64,000 nucleotides of DNA from Owenia fusiformis. Taxonomy: Eukaryota. Positions 13,001 to 23,947 of this stretch are shown in pieces; within the stretch, counting starts at the first letter, position 1; the number at the start of each line of letters is the position of its first letter. Location of the stretch: positions 4,898,001 through 4,962,000 of the forward strand of contig CAIIXF020000001.1 of the NCBI GenBank assembly GCA_903813345.2, written 5' to 3'. The translations under genes and the position numbers were made by a program. The notes beneath the pieces were generated by a model. That model worked only from the letters and a program-made list of their open reading frames with translations. It ran no database searches and had not been told where the DNA came from.

Positions 13001-16000
13001 TAGTCTACCAGTATAAATGCTTCATGCTTCATCCATTTCAATCATAACCTGACATATTGCTGGCTTTGTATGACCTACTTTCCAAATGCATTCCACTTGA
13101 CATCAATGAGTCTCTGAACACAATTATGTGTTATGAGATCAAACATTTTTAGCGAAACTAAGACCTGCATCTAATAAAGAAAAGCACTCAATAATGAAGC
13201 ACAACTACATGTAGTACAATAGCAGTACTGTGAAGCAGCAATTGTGTACTATTTTTTTAAATGAAAAGGCATTTATTAACACATCTAACAACCTAAGTAG
13301 CGGTATGGGTAAACTACTGACTTCTTGATCTAGTATAAGCTACCAGTCAAGATAGTAATAAAATAAAAACATGGAAACAGTACTACACTGCATAGCACCC
13401 TTTTATGACACACCATAACTGTCTAAATAATAGCATCAATTTAAGATGGTGAAAATCATCAACAAAATGTGGTAAAAAACACTTTTTGAATCAACTGTAT
13501 TCTTATAAATTCAAAATATGTTCATGAGCATAAACAGACATCTGAACAATCTATTTTAATTAGGATTCAAATATCTAAGCAAGATTTTTTCAATAAAACA
13601 ATTTGAAGAATCTGCTTTTCAAAATGCATTCAAGAAAACTTTGATAATTCAGAATTCACCAAGTATCTCAAGTTCTTATAACATTCTCAATGAGTTCAAG
13701 AATCATGCATGATCTTTTCAAGAAACTTTATTGAGATAAATGTTCAAAAATGAAAAAATACTCAATTGAGTAGAGTCTTTACAACAGCGTCCCTAACAAC
13801 ATTTAGATGTTCAAAGACAATTTCACTTACTGCTGTTGCAGGGTGGCCATCTATTTTAATTCCAGGTTTTCTTGGTTCTAACCTATGAAGATGGTAGTAT
13901 TGCTTTCTGTTGGCACGGTCAGTTGTATGAAATTGGTTCAGAGCTTCTTTTGCCTTCAAACAAAGAATCAGATCAGACTTTAATCAATTTTTTCTCATGT
14001 TGTGAGGATATATGGATACACTATTAATATTCAACAATATTTGTATGATTATTTCCATTTGGATAAAGCATAAATATATGAGTCTGCTCTCTTTACCACC
14101 CACTCAAGGAAAATTAGGCTACTTGTAATTGTTCCATAATTCTGTTATACAATTGTAATTATGAACAGGAAGTACATGTATGTTGTCTTCACTCTGAAGA
14201 ATAGGAGAGTTATGATGCCAAAGAAATAGGCATTCTGTTTCCTCAAACTTTGGTAGCTATTAAACATGGTTGAACTATGATACAAATATTGTATACAGCA
14301 TCATTCTAGGATCCAATTCCCTCAACATTCTTATATTGTAAGACAAGAAATGTACATAGTGCTTGTATTAAGAATATATTGCTTACCACTGGTCCCATTT
14401 TTGTAATCATCCATACTATTGCTGCCTGTCCACTGTGGTCTTCTACACCAGCAGGTGCAGGATCATCTAACTCAAGAAGCTGCCTAGCTGTTTCACTACG
14501 GTCTACAAGCAATATACATTTTATACATAAATTATGTTTTTTAAGGTTCGATGATTTAGATGATACTCTACATTTTTTGTGATTGTTATGTCCATTTACT
14601 TTGTGCATGCATGGCTCCATGTGCTGATATCGAGCATATAATGAAGTATTATTCAAATGAATCATTATTGCTCTTGAATCATTTTTCATTTGAAAGGATG
14701 TTATCTCCTTGTGGGAATGAACACTTCTTTCATCTTAGAATCAAACATTTACAACTAAATGAAGTTACATAACATTGTTGTCTCATTAGTACAAGGATGC
14801 TTACCAAGTTCTGCCGCCAGATGAAGGGGAGTTCTGCCCTTGTAGTCCCTGACTAATTTGTATTCACAGCCCAGCTTTATTAGTTCCCTTAGTGAATTGC
14901 AGGCATCATTCCTTGCTGCAAAGTGAACTGCAGTTTGAGACTCGCCCAGAGTCAAAGCTTCTTTGTCAGCTGAAAATATGATCATTTAATAATCACACAA
15001 GACAGTTAGCACACACTGCAATATTGATAAAGTAATGTGTAGTCAACCAGAACAAAAACTACGAAGAATATAGGTCTATTAACACCTCTGGGGTAACATA
15101 ATTAGAAACACTTTATCTTTTTACAGGGCTTGTGTAAATCATGTTTTTACTGTTTTTACGCACATTTGATCAAGTCTGATGCAGAACTGACAGATATAGA
15201 CAGTATGCTGACAGCTTAATAGAATACATAATAATTTAATAAAGAATTGAACACGTCAATAGTGGAGAAAAACAGACTAATTCCTCCAGATTTTTAATTC
15301 AGAACTACAAAAAAGATACTGGATCAATGGAAGATGAGAATGTTGAAATAAAGAGAATCTCACCTCCACTTTGTATAAGGAATTTGACCATTTCTGGGTA
15401 GTCAACTGCTGCTGCCACATGTAGTGCAGTTCGGCCAAAGTTATCAGCTTTGTTTATATCAGCACCTTTCTCAAGAAGGAACCTGGCAACATCTATGTGC
15501 CATGCTCTGGCAACCTGTAATTTAACAGAACCATAATGGGGATTTGCAGAATCAAGTGATGATTGTGGCTGATTTGGTTTTGCAAAGTAAAGTTCTATTC
15601 TGGGGCCCTTTATAAGAGGCCAGTCCTTTAGATTTATTAAGATTTCTTTATTCTTTTAATGATTATTTAATTTTTATTCAATCAAAGAATTTTCTCCTAC
15701 TTCCTACTTCCAGTTCACTTCATTCTATGGGATAACCATTTCACTTCATTCTATGGGATAACCATTTCACTTCATTCTATGGGATAACCATTTCACTTCC
15801 ATGTTATGAGATAATTATAATGATCAAAGGTAACAATACCTCGTGAAATACAGTCTGACCATATTTGTCCGAACAGTCAATTAAGGCTCCATTTTCTAGA
15901 AGATTTGAAACAAATGCTAGATCAATCTTCTCATTTTGGTTTTTTGACTGACCAAGCTTGGCAAAATACTGAATCAGATTCCTATTACAGGCAGCCTTCA

Positions 16001-17583
16001 TTTGCCATTTTGTATCTTTGGGATCTTTAGGAATAAAATGTTCATCTGCTATGTCATCCAATCCATCTCCTCCAGTTTTTCTTCTTCCTCCAGCTTGTTC
16101 AACTGGAAGAAATACATGTTAAAAACCTGTCAGTTTATATACCTAAGTGATGATTACCAGTACCACATTGACTAGCATTTGACAGTAATGACAGAGTGCA
16201 TGTATTTCTGAATCAAAATAAGTCTGGTCTGTACTAAATTCTATCGGACTGTAAGTTAATTGCAAAAATGTTCATTATTGTAACTTCTCATAAAACTGCA
16301 AACAACTCTTCCGACTTTATTCAAATAAGTCAAATTGAGTAAGTAGAAAAAACTAAATTAAGTCTTTCAAATTCTGAAGCATTTATTTACTTTTTCTATG
16401 TTAAACCAAGATGTCGAATTTATACTAGTTGATCACATAGTCAGGTAATTATCAGTTTTTATCGACCCATTTGAAAATTAGTTGGTCTGTGTAATAATAA
16501 TTTCTTTCAAGTGACTTTGAGACAGAGGTTGACCCAAGAGGGAATATGGCACCTCTCTAATCTGAACACCAGCCAAATGTGAACACTTTTGTAATCTTCA
16601 ATAGCATATATATCTTTTATTGACTCTTTAGATGTCATATCATGACAAATTAGTCACTAAAGTAGAGCAGTTTTTCCCATTGTCGAGTTGAAGAACTGGT
16701 ATCTTTATCCTGGCTAGAACCATAGACAATTCTAGCCAGCGCCAGACTTTTATCGAGTTAGCAGCACTCTTGTAATCGCCGGTATAGGTCAGCAGTCATA
16801 GGTCAAAGACAAATCACAAGAAGTGCTGTGACCTGGGTTCGAACCCAAGACCTCTACTTTTCAGCTTGAAGCCAGACTTCTTGCTTTTCAGACCAATGCC
16901 TTAGCCACTAGGCCAACCCGGCGACCACTACCGAGCATAGACTACCAACTTAAAAAACTTTTTGAACACGTCAATCTGAAACTTAAGGCCAAACCAAGTG
17001 GATTTCAGATTAGACAGGTTCTACTGTCATTATAATAACAGGATCCTTCCGATTCTTCTAAGTATATACTTTTAAATGGATCAAACTATGGTGTTAGTAT
17101 AGTAGTATGAATATGAACAGTTTTATATAATATTATTAAAATGTGCTTACTTCCTCCTTTTCGTTTACTGGTTGTGTAAGAGCGCCATTTTGCTGCTGAT
17201 GCTTTTACATTACTGATGACATTTATTGCATTTGTTTTATCCGTAGCATTTCTCCACAACTCAGTTTTTCTGAAAAAATGATTACAAAAAATGCTAATGC
17301 TACAATACAGCATAATCCAAATAAATAAAAAAAACACTGAAATTATAATGTTATTCCTCATTTTAACAACTAATTCTTTTGATCTTAGAGAATAAAATTG
17401 AAAGGGAAACCGACTGGCATACATTTTGAGGAATCATTTGTTATTTGCTCCCACTCTAAATCTTTAAACTCACTTATTGTTCTTGAGGTCGCTTTCCAAG
17501 CTCTCCTGGTCATAAGCATAATTTTTGTATTCTTTCATCGGCTGTACTTTGGACCTCCTGTGACGCTTTTTAGTTTCAGACAT
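978..17583 (-). CDS. Ankyrin-repeat TRP cation channel (TRPV/TRPVL-like), 21 coding exons, ~983 aa
   Basis: Hand-spliced model, all GT-AG and phase-consistent: 17474-17583, 17151-17269, 15840-16102, 15364-15514, 14805-14969, 14387-14502, 13831-13953, 13079-13170, 10085-10217, 9609-9686, 7917-8056, 7343-7518, 7131-7214, 6593-6759, 6190-6305, 5346-5547, 4888-4963, 3907-4228, 3419-3513, 2816-3015, 978-1001. The last exon is tentative; the alternative is a read-through stop at 2795. Ankyrin motifs GQTVFHEVAR, GRTALHVAA, QTAVHFAAR, GRTPLHLAAE; pre-S1 QRLIDVKWNAFG; S4-S5 WLRLMKNARAFATLGPFIVML; S6 LCLNLFIALLSDTFQRV. Confidence 0.92.
1607..2215. mobile_element. Tc1/mariner-type MITE
   Basis: TA|CAGGGTGTCAAATAAGTCCCGTCCCCCC ... 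GGGGGGACGGGACTTATTTGACACCCTG|TA; TIR ~100 bp. Confidence 0.9.
2233..2704 (+). mobile_element. Helentron/HINE-like non-autonomous element
   Basis: Subterminal inverted repeat ATGTCACCACC (2244) / GGTGGTGACAT (2689); internal tandem units (GAAGGTCA...AGTCAGATTTGAA...TTGAAGCAAGTT); an inverted relative lies at 23570-23790. Confidence 0.6.
2816..3015 (-). CDS. TRP exon 20
   Basis: GDDVPLIQTSDPTIEV...MPTVL, then a gtaagt donor (or read-through to the stop at 2795). Confidence 0.78.
3419..3513 (-). CDS. TRP exon 19 (basic segment)
   Basis: WATVEKKKKKDQKKLKRRQEKLNMMLEQSHLT; phases 2/1. Confidence 0.8.
3907..4228 (-). CDS. TRP exon 18 (coiled-coil-like C-terminus)
   Basis: VRKFEDEIDILWKEIRNVREKQEDILDQLKSSM; gtgagt donor. 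Confidence 0.85.
4888..4963 (-). CDS. TRP exon 17
   Basis: DDLDQLRERLDDRATDHDNNTHNRR; phases 0/1. Confidence 0.82.
5346..5547 (-). CDS. TRP exon 16 (TRP-helix region)
   Basis: VYDNAQANAVMQKAITILSLEGGMS...LKKVTLQIK. Confidence 0.9.
6190..6305 (-). CDS. TRP exon 15 (S6)
   Basis: GMKLVDSIMADILVGLWLSLSAILCLNLFIALLSDTFQR. Confidence 0.93.
6593..6759 (-). CDS. TRP exon 14 (turret, pore helix, filter)
   Basis: ACAFWMIFGG...WNQLLFSMFRLTLVDEYDYA; gtgagt donor. Confidence 0.92.
7131..7214 (-). CDS. TRP exon 13 (S4-S5 linker/S5)
   Basis: GPFIVMLGHMVGDIVKFGFLYLEFFIPF. Confidence 0.92.
7343..7518 (-). CDS. TRP exon 12 (S3-S4)
   Basis: NVFDWICYFMLSVCVGTHI...IILIWLRLMKNARAFATL. Confidence 0.92.
7917..8056 (-). 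CDS. TRP exon 11 (long S2-S3 linker)
   Basis: AWKEWRENEIDRDRKYSHPRWPEEDLFLIQEKRDLDDAKPQYFNDFW. Confidence 0.9.
8282..9462. mobile_element. Non-autonomous P-superfamily-like element, 1181 bp
   Basis: CAAGGG...CAATACCCGG TIRs (~27 bp, imperfect); 7-bp TSD ATTTGAC at 8275-8281 and 9463-9469; CANRG terminus. Confidence 0.75.
9609..9686 (-). CDS. TRP exon 10 (S2)
   Basis: AVAVGLTLYNIGDEILEFRSSRKSHN; gtaagt donor. Confidence 0.88.
10085..10217 (-). CDS. TRP exon 9 (S1)
   Basis: LGAWISLLVNMAFIIVWTAIACTV...WWRILLG. Confidence 0.88.
11281..11943 (+). mobile_element. HINE/DINE-1-like element with internal ~130-160-bp tandem repeats
   Basis: Four units of TAGGCAT...TATAAAATTTGA(A/T)CCAAATC...GAGTTATC, followed by a (GGAC/GAAC)n microsatellite and a 3' ATCCC...GGGAT hairpin. 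Confidence 0.75.
13079..13170 (-). CDS. TRP exon 8 (pre-S1)
   Basis: MQVLVSLKMFDLITHNCVQRLIDVKWNAFGK; alternative acceptor at 13164 is also in frame. Confidence 0.85.
13831..13953 (-). CDS. TRP exon 7
   Basis: AKEALNQFHTTDRANRKQYYHLHRLEP...HPATA; gtaagt donor. Confidence 0.85.
14387..14502 (-). CDS. TRP exon 6
   Basis: DRSETARQLLELDDPAPAGVEDHSGQAAIVWMITKMGPV; gtaagc donor. Confidence 0.9.
14805..14969 (-). CDS. TRP exon 5, ankyrin repeats
   Basis: SQTAVHFAARNDACNSLRELIKLG...GRTPLHLAAEL. Confidence 0.92.
15364..15514 (-). CDS. TRP exon 4, ankyrin repeats
   Basis: VARAWHIDVARFLLEKGADINKADNFGRTALHVAAAVDYPEMVKFLIQSG; not in the ORF track. Confidence 0.92.
15714..15799. repeat. 26-bp minisatellite, ~3.3 copies
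   Basis: TTCACTTCATTCTATGGGATAACCAT x3, identical. Confidence 0.95.
15840..16102 (-). CDS. TRP exon 3, start of ankyrin region
   Basis: ENGALIDCSDKYGQTVFHE; phases 1/0. Confidence 0.9.
16680..16926 (-). mobile_element. tRNA-derived SINE
   Basis: Minus-strand A box TGGCCTAGTGG and B box GGTTCGAACCC, followed by a non-tRNA body; 3' limit approximate. Confidence 0.7.
17151..17269 (-). CDS. TRP coding exon 2 (KTELWRNATDK...KRKGG)
   Basis: ttttcag acceptor, gtaagc donor, phases 2/1. Confidence 0.8.
17474..17583 (-). CDS. TRP coding exon 1 (MSETKKRHRRSKVQPMKEY...)
   Basis: ATG in an aaaaATG context; donor AA|gtgagt, phase 2, matches the next acceptor. Confidence 0.8.
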
Positions 17584-18727
17584 TTTTGTAGTGTGATTCT
17601 TTCACATGAACATGTATTAGCTTATGCAAATCTGAAAAAGAAAACTGGGATAATATTCCTAGATACACAAAACTTTTCACATACTTTAAAAGACCAATGA
17701 ATACAGGCAAAAGTCCTGGATCGCTAACTTTAAGAATTTACAGCCAGTTACTAATGTCAGACATTAACAACATTTCGTCCAGTTTTCGAATATCGCCATT
17801 TTTCTTGGAGCCATTTGTTTTAATTTAAGACGAAATCCTGCAATATCTCATCAATGAGCCGAGTCGGTGACATTTTAATTTATGGTTTATTTATCTGGCG
17901 ATTTTTAAAATATTCAATAAATCTATGACACGCCAGCCAGCTTATGTGGCCGATGTAGATAGTCATATGAACTAAGACTACATACTAAGTTCAATGAAGG
18001 TATGTTTATTACATTTGAGTTAATTTATAGCAACAGTCCACACGGGATAGAGTAAAAAGCAATAAAACAAACAGGGCTTGATGATAGCGTAAGGCCACAC
18101 TGTGGCCGAAGAATAAGGTAAGGTTGACCCTTTGTGCCCATGTGTGTGTGGTAAGACATATATTGTAGCCTGACCTTCTAGAGGAAGGTAATACTAGAGA
18201 AAGGAGGGCTTACAACGAAGGTGTGGTCCTTGGTTCAAAGGGCCTTCATACACTGTAGTTCAATTGGTAGAGTATACTGTACATATAATTGGCATATTTG
18301 GACACAAATCGACCTTATTCTTCATCCATGGTGAAAATGATGAAAATTTCCTCAGAAGAAAATTCTTCCCGGGCCGGTGTGAAAGAAATGATGGTCCCCC
18401 AGGGATTTTGGTCCCCTTTCTTAATGGCCCTTACTGTCCGTCCCTGATTTTCATGTCTCTGATGGAGAGTAGGACCATAATTTGATAGGACCTCCTACCC
18501 TTTTACATCATCCTATATATTCTAGATCTGTATTTGCTTCATTACAAATAGATCCTATTATTCTATATTTCTATATATTTAAATACAGATCTAAAATTAG
18601 AAGTCATTATAAATGATATTGATAGGCCTAAATGTTGAAATGCAAATCTTTTACAAATAAAATTTTCTTGGATTGGAAACATAACTTCCTACACCACCCA
18701 AGCTTACGTTATTATTTCTAGACCTAC

Positions 18728-18860
18728 CTGTCAATTCAAGCAACCATCAGGCCTTGCCTCTAACTCATTTCTCTTAGATCAACACTATATTAGCTCTTTA
18801 TAGTTCAATCCAAGTCATCTAAGGCAACTCGAGTGCCGCCATATTGTTTCTCGCTTGAAT
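18728..18860 (-). other. Probable 5' UTR exon 1 of the TRP gene (5' end approximate)
   Basis: Donor CAG|gtagg at 18728; an AATATGGCGGC YY1-like motif near the 5' end; the next exon has acceptor tttttcag at 17631, upstream of the ATG at 17583. Confidence 0.5.
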
Positions 18861-19220
18861 TTGAATTCGGATTAGGCCGTCAATTCAAATATTTCCGGAC
18901 ATTAGACTCTACCTTTAGAAAATTACAAAGAATACTTGTTTATCAAGGATCGATATACGTGTGATAATGCAGATTAGTATACTGAATAGATTCGTAGCAT
19001 TTTAGATGTTCAAATAAACGCATGAACCCTAGCACAGCCAAATTTTCACACTGAACAAAACTGACTTGACGGGCAATATGTCTCATAGCGACCACACTAA
19101 GGGCTAACTGCGCCAGGTTCGCTTTAGCAAAGCGTTAGTTCACTTACTGCGCATGCGTACGTACATGAAGCAACTTGATTTGATTCGTTTATTAAGTACT
19201 GTACGCGGCATGTCCAATCA
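18814..19220 (-). promoter_or_regulatory. Putative TRP promoter
   Basis: Locally CpG-richer. X-box-like GTTGCCTTAGATGAC (18814-18828) and GTCTCATAGCGAC (~19080), YY1-like ATGGCGGC (~18835), NRF1-like TGCGCATGCG (~19148), CCAAT (~19213). Confidence 0.4.
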
Positions 19221-19442
19221 CTTTCGTCAAAATGTAACATTTCGTCAAAATTGGACTCCAACCCATATCTCATAAATGGGGAGCGGGATAAGATTGAACG
19301 CGGGGTGAGACGGAACGATGGCCAAAGATGTAAAATGAACCTCAAAATAATATGTACAACTGAGGCAACTCGGATCATTAGTTTTATGATGGTTTTACTA
19401 GGACCCTATCAATCCTATAGATTATAATTATTTTCTTAGTAC

Positions 19443-19776
19443 AATAAAGTCATTTCTAAGGGCAATATAGTGAAATATTGGACCGAGGGCCCCTCCTTGA
19501 CCGAGGGCCGAAGGCGCAAAAAAGGTCCAATATGTCACGATATTGCTCGCCCAGAAATGACGTTATTAGTATTATTACCACCGTTAACGACCAGGACTGA
19601 AACAGCAAGAAAATCTTATTCCCCGGGGAAAATTGCCGGTCCAGAATATATTCTAGACCGGTCTATATGGACCACTACTATGACGTCACACATTTCTCAG
19701 GTCGATATAGTAAAATAAACGCCTTCTAAACTTGCACTAAAACCCCTAGAACTGGCCCGGCAAGGTAGTAATAATA
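19443..19776. mobile_element. Double-hairpin (A-A'-B-B') element, Crypton-like non-autonomous
   Basis: AATAAAGTCATTTC...ATATTGGACC / GGTCCAATAT...GAAATGACGTTATT, then TATTATTACCACC / GGTAGTAATAATA. Confidence 0.55.
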
Positions 19777-20440
19777 TATGATTTTACATGACAAACCATT
19801 AAAATTATGGCCTAATTTTTACTACAAATAGTATTGAAAATTCCTTGAATGGGAATTCAGTGCAGCTGACCTCAACTCTGGCTATAGGCCCATGTTACGC
19901 ACATGTTAAAGGTGCAACACTTAGTGCAAAGGGGCCATTCGACGATTATGGACCAGTGTCAAAATATATTTACGTTTGGATATTTCATCAAGACGGACAT
20001 ATATTTTTATTATCTCCAAAAAACTCCCTTGATGAACATCATTTAGCTGATATTCCTCTTAAAACTTGGCGGATCATAAAAATCTATAAAAGTTTGACTT
20101 AATTTATAGAAGCTTTGATCTGAATTTTCACTTCTTAATGCTGAAATTGATAGTTTATCCATACATTTTAAGAAAAAAGGTATGTCAAAGAAGATGTTTA
20201 TGCAAATGTTGCCTTGATAGCTCAGAAAAGGTGAAACAATTCAAAGTTTTCTCGCTACAGGTCTTGTTTAATAAAATATTAAAAATTCCAATATCATGTA
20301 GGCCTATGATAGATTTGTAATTTGTATAAATTCTTTGGTTCTTTATAAATTGAAAAAATACTTCAAATTTTCCATTTATTGAATGTAAATCATTGTATCT
20401 CTATAACATGCTACTCGAAGCTTTGAAACATGAAATAAAA

Positions 20441-21968
20441 AATGTACTAAAAACCCTTCGACCTACGACCCTTCGACCCTACGACTTACTGGGTGTCAAG
20501 AATTTTTGGAATATATTTTATTGAAAAACCCTTCGACCTCTGATTTCCCAGTCCAGTTTACTAAATGATTACGTATAATTCCAACTTGAGCTCCCTGTGC
20601 ACGCAAATACGCATTTTACCTGGTAATTGTCAAGCAAAAATGTTTCAGTAGAAAAATTTCTAAAAAAGTTCGTCTACACAGCAAAAATACGAACGCCGAA
20701 AAATAACGTACGCATTTCGTTCGGACTTTTCACACGAATTACGTATATGTCACGCATTGCGTTCGAAATTTTTCGTCTTATTTTACTTTTTTACTAAAAC
20801 TTGAAAAGTAGTTGAACGATTTTGAGATCAAAAGTTCGATGGGATTTGCTCCACCTCGCGTTGCTGTTATCTAGTTCTGAAATGTTTCATATCTATGTCT
20901 AATAAATATAGTTGTATAGCTGTGTTTGTAATAACCTTTATGCCCTTAAAATGTATATATTCAGGGGGGGGGGACATTCGTGGGTTCAAGTGGACCACTC
21001 CATTGGCCAAATATTCTCTCAAAATCAGTACAATTTTTCACGATTCTGAGCATTTTCAAGATTTCTGGGCCACTTGAAAATTGTCAAATGTTCACCCCTT
21101 GATCCTTTTGAAAAACTTAGATTGGCAAAAGCTGGTTATACGAACCTGATATGACCTAGCTTGCAAGCTTTTTCTTGACGGTTTGTGTTTATTTTCCTTG
21201 TACCCTTGCATGCTTTGGATTTTGTAAGATGCAAAACAAAGAATCTACTTATTTAGTTGGCATTAGATTCTTAACTATACAAATCCAAATTGAATCAAAG
21301 TTGATAAAATCAAAAGACGGTTCTCTTTTAAACTATATAAAAAATTTGACCTCCTGAAAATATGCACGATGCGCCACTGTTACAATGTGATGGGAAAAGC
21401 ACAAATATTTTTACTGAGGAGGTAAGAAACGTTCACATTCGAATGTGCATGAATACATTAAACCTGCACATCGCTCCAAAACGCAATATGTTGACATATA
21501 TTGTTTTTACATTTTCAAGCTCTAATATAAAGTTTATGTAAATAAAAAAAAATTATCTGCGTAATGTCAAAGAACAATCATTTAGTTAAAAAAAATAAAA
21601 AGGCGAATGCGGGATTCGAACCCGGGCCTCTACCGCTGGACCACCGTTACATCATGAATTGTGATAGTAATTAAACTCTACTTAATTTGAATGCTATGAT
21701 TCGGAAGTGACGTCACGTTCTTCATTAAGAAACCTTTCCAAAATCATATCGCCGGCTCCGATCGAAGTCCAGCTTTAAATATCTTTAACTCTCTTGGGAC
21801 AGATTCTTAAGTTCTATACACAAAGTAATATTTCCAGCAACTTCATATGGACTGAGAAATATCTAGAAGGTCGAAGGGTTTTTATAAAAATATATTTCAA
21901 AAATTCTTGACACGCTGTAAGTCGTAGGTCGCAGGGTCGAAGGGTCGAAGGGTTTTTAGTACATTCCG
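20441..21968. mobile_element. Unclassified TIR element (~1.5 kb) with CCCTTCGA subterminal repeats
   Basis: AATGTACTAAAAACCCTTCGACC... / ...GGTCGAAGGGTTTTTAGTACATT; ~95-bp TIRs; contains a tRNA-like fragment (~21605-21650). Confidence 0.75.
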
Positions 21969-22849
21969 TTCTGAAATAATCGTGTCCTTTTATGTATTTT
22001 TTATTTAATTATTGAAATTAAAGTAAATCAGTTTGCCCAAGTTGGTCTCTTTTACTTAACTTGATTTCTAATAATTCAAGATCCGATAATTAAAAAACTG
22101 ACTTGGGCAAGGCTAGAGGAAAACAAGTTCCTGTAAATTATGTCACGTAAATCAAACATGGATTTCATTGAAATATGCTTTAAGAAAAAAAAGTATAACT
22201 TTTTGCAATTGCAACCAGCACAACACACAATATCTCTGTAGAGTATTTACAAATTCTAAATTCAAGACTTCACCTTCATGACCTTCGTTGACCTTTGACG
22301 AAATGACAGGCCAATGTTAAGCATAATCGAATTTAAAAAAGATGTCTGAGCCCTACCAAAAAATAAAGGATTGGTATCGATATGGCGAACTGAATAACGC
22401 AGATGCGAGTAGGTGATTACCAGTTTCACCACCAGGTGACTCGTTCGGGTCAGATAGCATGGCAGGATATAGTAGAAAGTTCCCTTTACATAAATTCCAT
22501 CTGTTTTAGTAGTTTTCATAACCCTTATGTATCTAAAAATTATGCTAATTAATTTGTCTAGTAAAAGAAAATGTTATCTGTCCAATACGAGAAAAGATAT
22601 TTCACTTTTTGTGATTTTGTAACATGGGGTCTATGGGGAATCAACCCGAACTAGAAGTCCCATTTTCAAAAAAAGATTGACTTAGGTGCCGCCAGATCCT
22701 TTAGTAACTTCAGATACTGAAGTTTTTTCCTCACAGGTTTACATGTTAAACCCCATGAATGTTTGAATTCTGTTTTTAAGCCCACAACGAAAGAAAAACG
22801 GATAATGTAAATGGATATGTACTTTGACTCTATTCACTATATTTCAATA

Positions 22850-23400
22850 AATTTTCTGTTTAACCTCTTCCTCAAAAATTGATGTTAAATTTAATTTGAT
22901 GAATTTAAAAAATATGGTAGAACCCATGCAAACCAATAGGAGAAATGGTTGGATTGCCAAAAGTATACGAGAAAATATTGCTGTCAAATGAATGGAATTT
23001 AGATAGACAATTGAATTTGCTAACTTGTCTGCAATAAAAATTGATTTGTTACTCTGGGTTTTACAAAGTTATAAGTCACCAAAGTTAAAATTATTTCTCA
23101 ACAAACCTCCCATTGAAATAACACAGGGGGTCAAAAATCAGTTCCAAAAATATTTTGATGCTCCGTGTCGTTAAGTCTCATAAAGTGAGCTGAACACCAA
23201 GCATGCAATAAGTAAAACAAATGTCCACTAGGAAATTATTTTTAATTATATATCAAAAATCTATTTGCGCCTTACCAACCATTTCCCTACGGTTAGCATG
23301 GGTTCTACCCTTTTTCTAATTCATCTAAAACATTAATTTTTAACCTATTGTAACGGAGAGATTAAATTGAACATTTCCCCGAAAATATAGATAGATTTCC
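22850..23400. mobile_element. Degenerate internal portion related to the 23948-24804 MITE family
   Basis: Shared blocks CCAAT.GG..AAATGG, TTGAATTTGCTAACTT, CTCCCATTGAAATAACACA. Confidence 0.6.
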
Positions 23401-23569
23401 TGGGAATAGATTCAAGGTACATATCCATTTACATTATTATGATATGTATAATATGTAAAATAAAGATGTCTGATGAACTTGATGATAACATAGAGAAAAG
23501 TGCCAATGAACTTGCTTTTAAAGTAAAAGAAAAATTATAATAGCGCGGTATGAAGTATATTGGAAGAAA

Positions 23570-23790
23570 GGTATTATAGCTCCCACAGTCTTGACGGCGG
23601 TTGGCGATCGGCGTCTGTAACAAATTCTTACAACTTCTTTTCAAAACTGGCTTCAATTTTTACAAAATCATCTACATGTTTTCAGAAGTTCAAATCTGAC
23701 TTTATGTTTATGAGATGACCTTCAATGACCTTTTCAAGGTCAAAAAGGTATATTTTCAACTTGCTTCAAATTGACCAATTTTTCTTAGAG
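23570..23790 (-). mobile_element. Fragment of the HINE-like family seen at 2233-2704
   Basis: CGTCTGTAACAAATTCTTA and TTCAACTTGCTTCAAATTGACCAATTTTT are reverse complements of sequence in the 2233 element. Confidence 0.65.
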
Positions 23791-23947
23791 ATAAGATCCT
23801 TATTTCAAAACAGTATATTATTTAATTTGAAGAACGTAATCTTATTTTCTTTATTTTTCTTTTAAAATTTTTTATTGTAATTTCTTTTTTATTGTTGGAT
23901 GTACGTTTGGCCCTATTAGAGCATCAGTACAAATAAATCCTATTATA

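Noticed and set aside
13762-13830. Extension of TRP exon 7 to the ORF stop
   Set aside because: The GTAAGT donor at 13830 keeps the frame into exon 8; the extension terminates prematurely.
15714-15799. CRISPR-like array
   Set aside because: Head-to-tail repeats with no spacers, in a eukaryotic intron.
16820-16926. tRNA gene
   Set aside because: A and B boxes are present, but the spacing is too long, no cloverleaf forms, and a SINE-like body follows.
21605-21650. tRNA gene
   Set aside because: Only a B-box/T-arm fragment, inside a TIR element.
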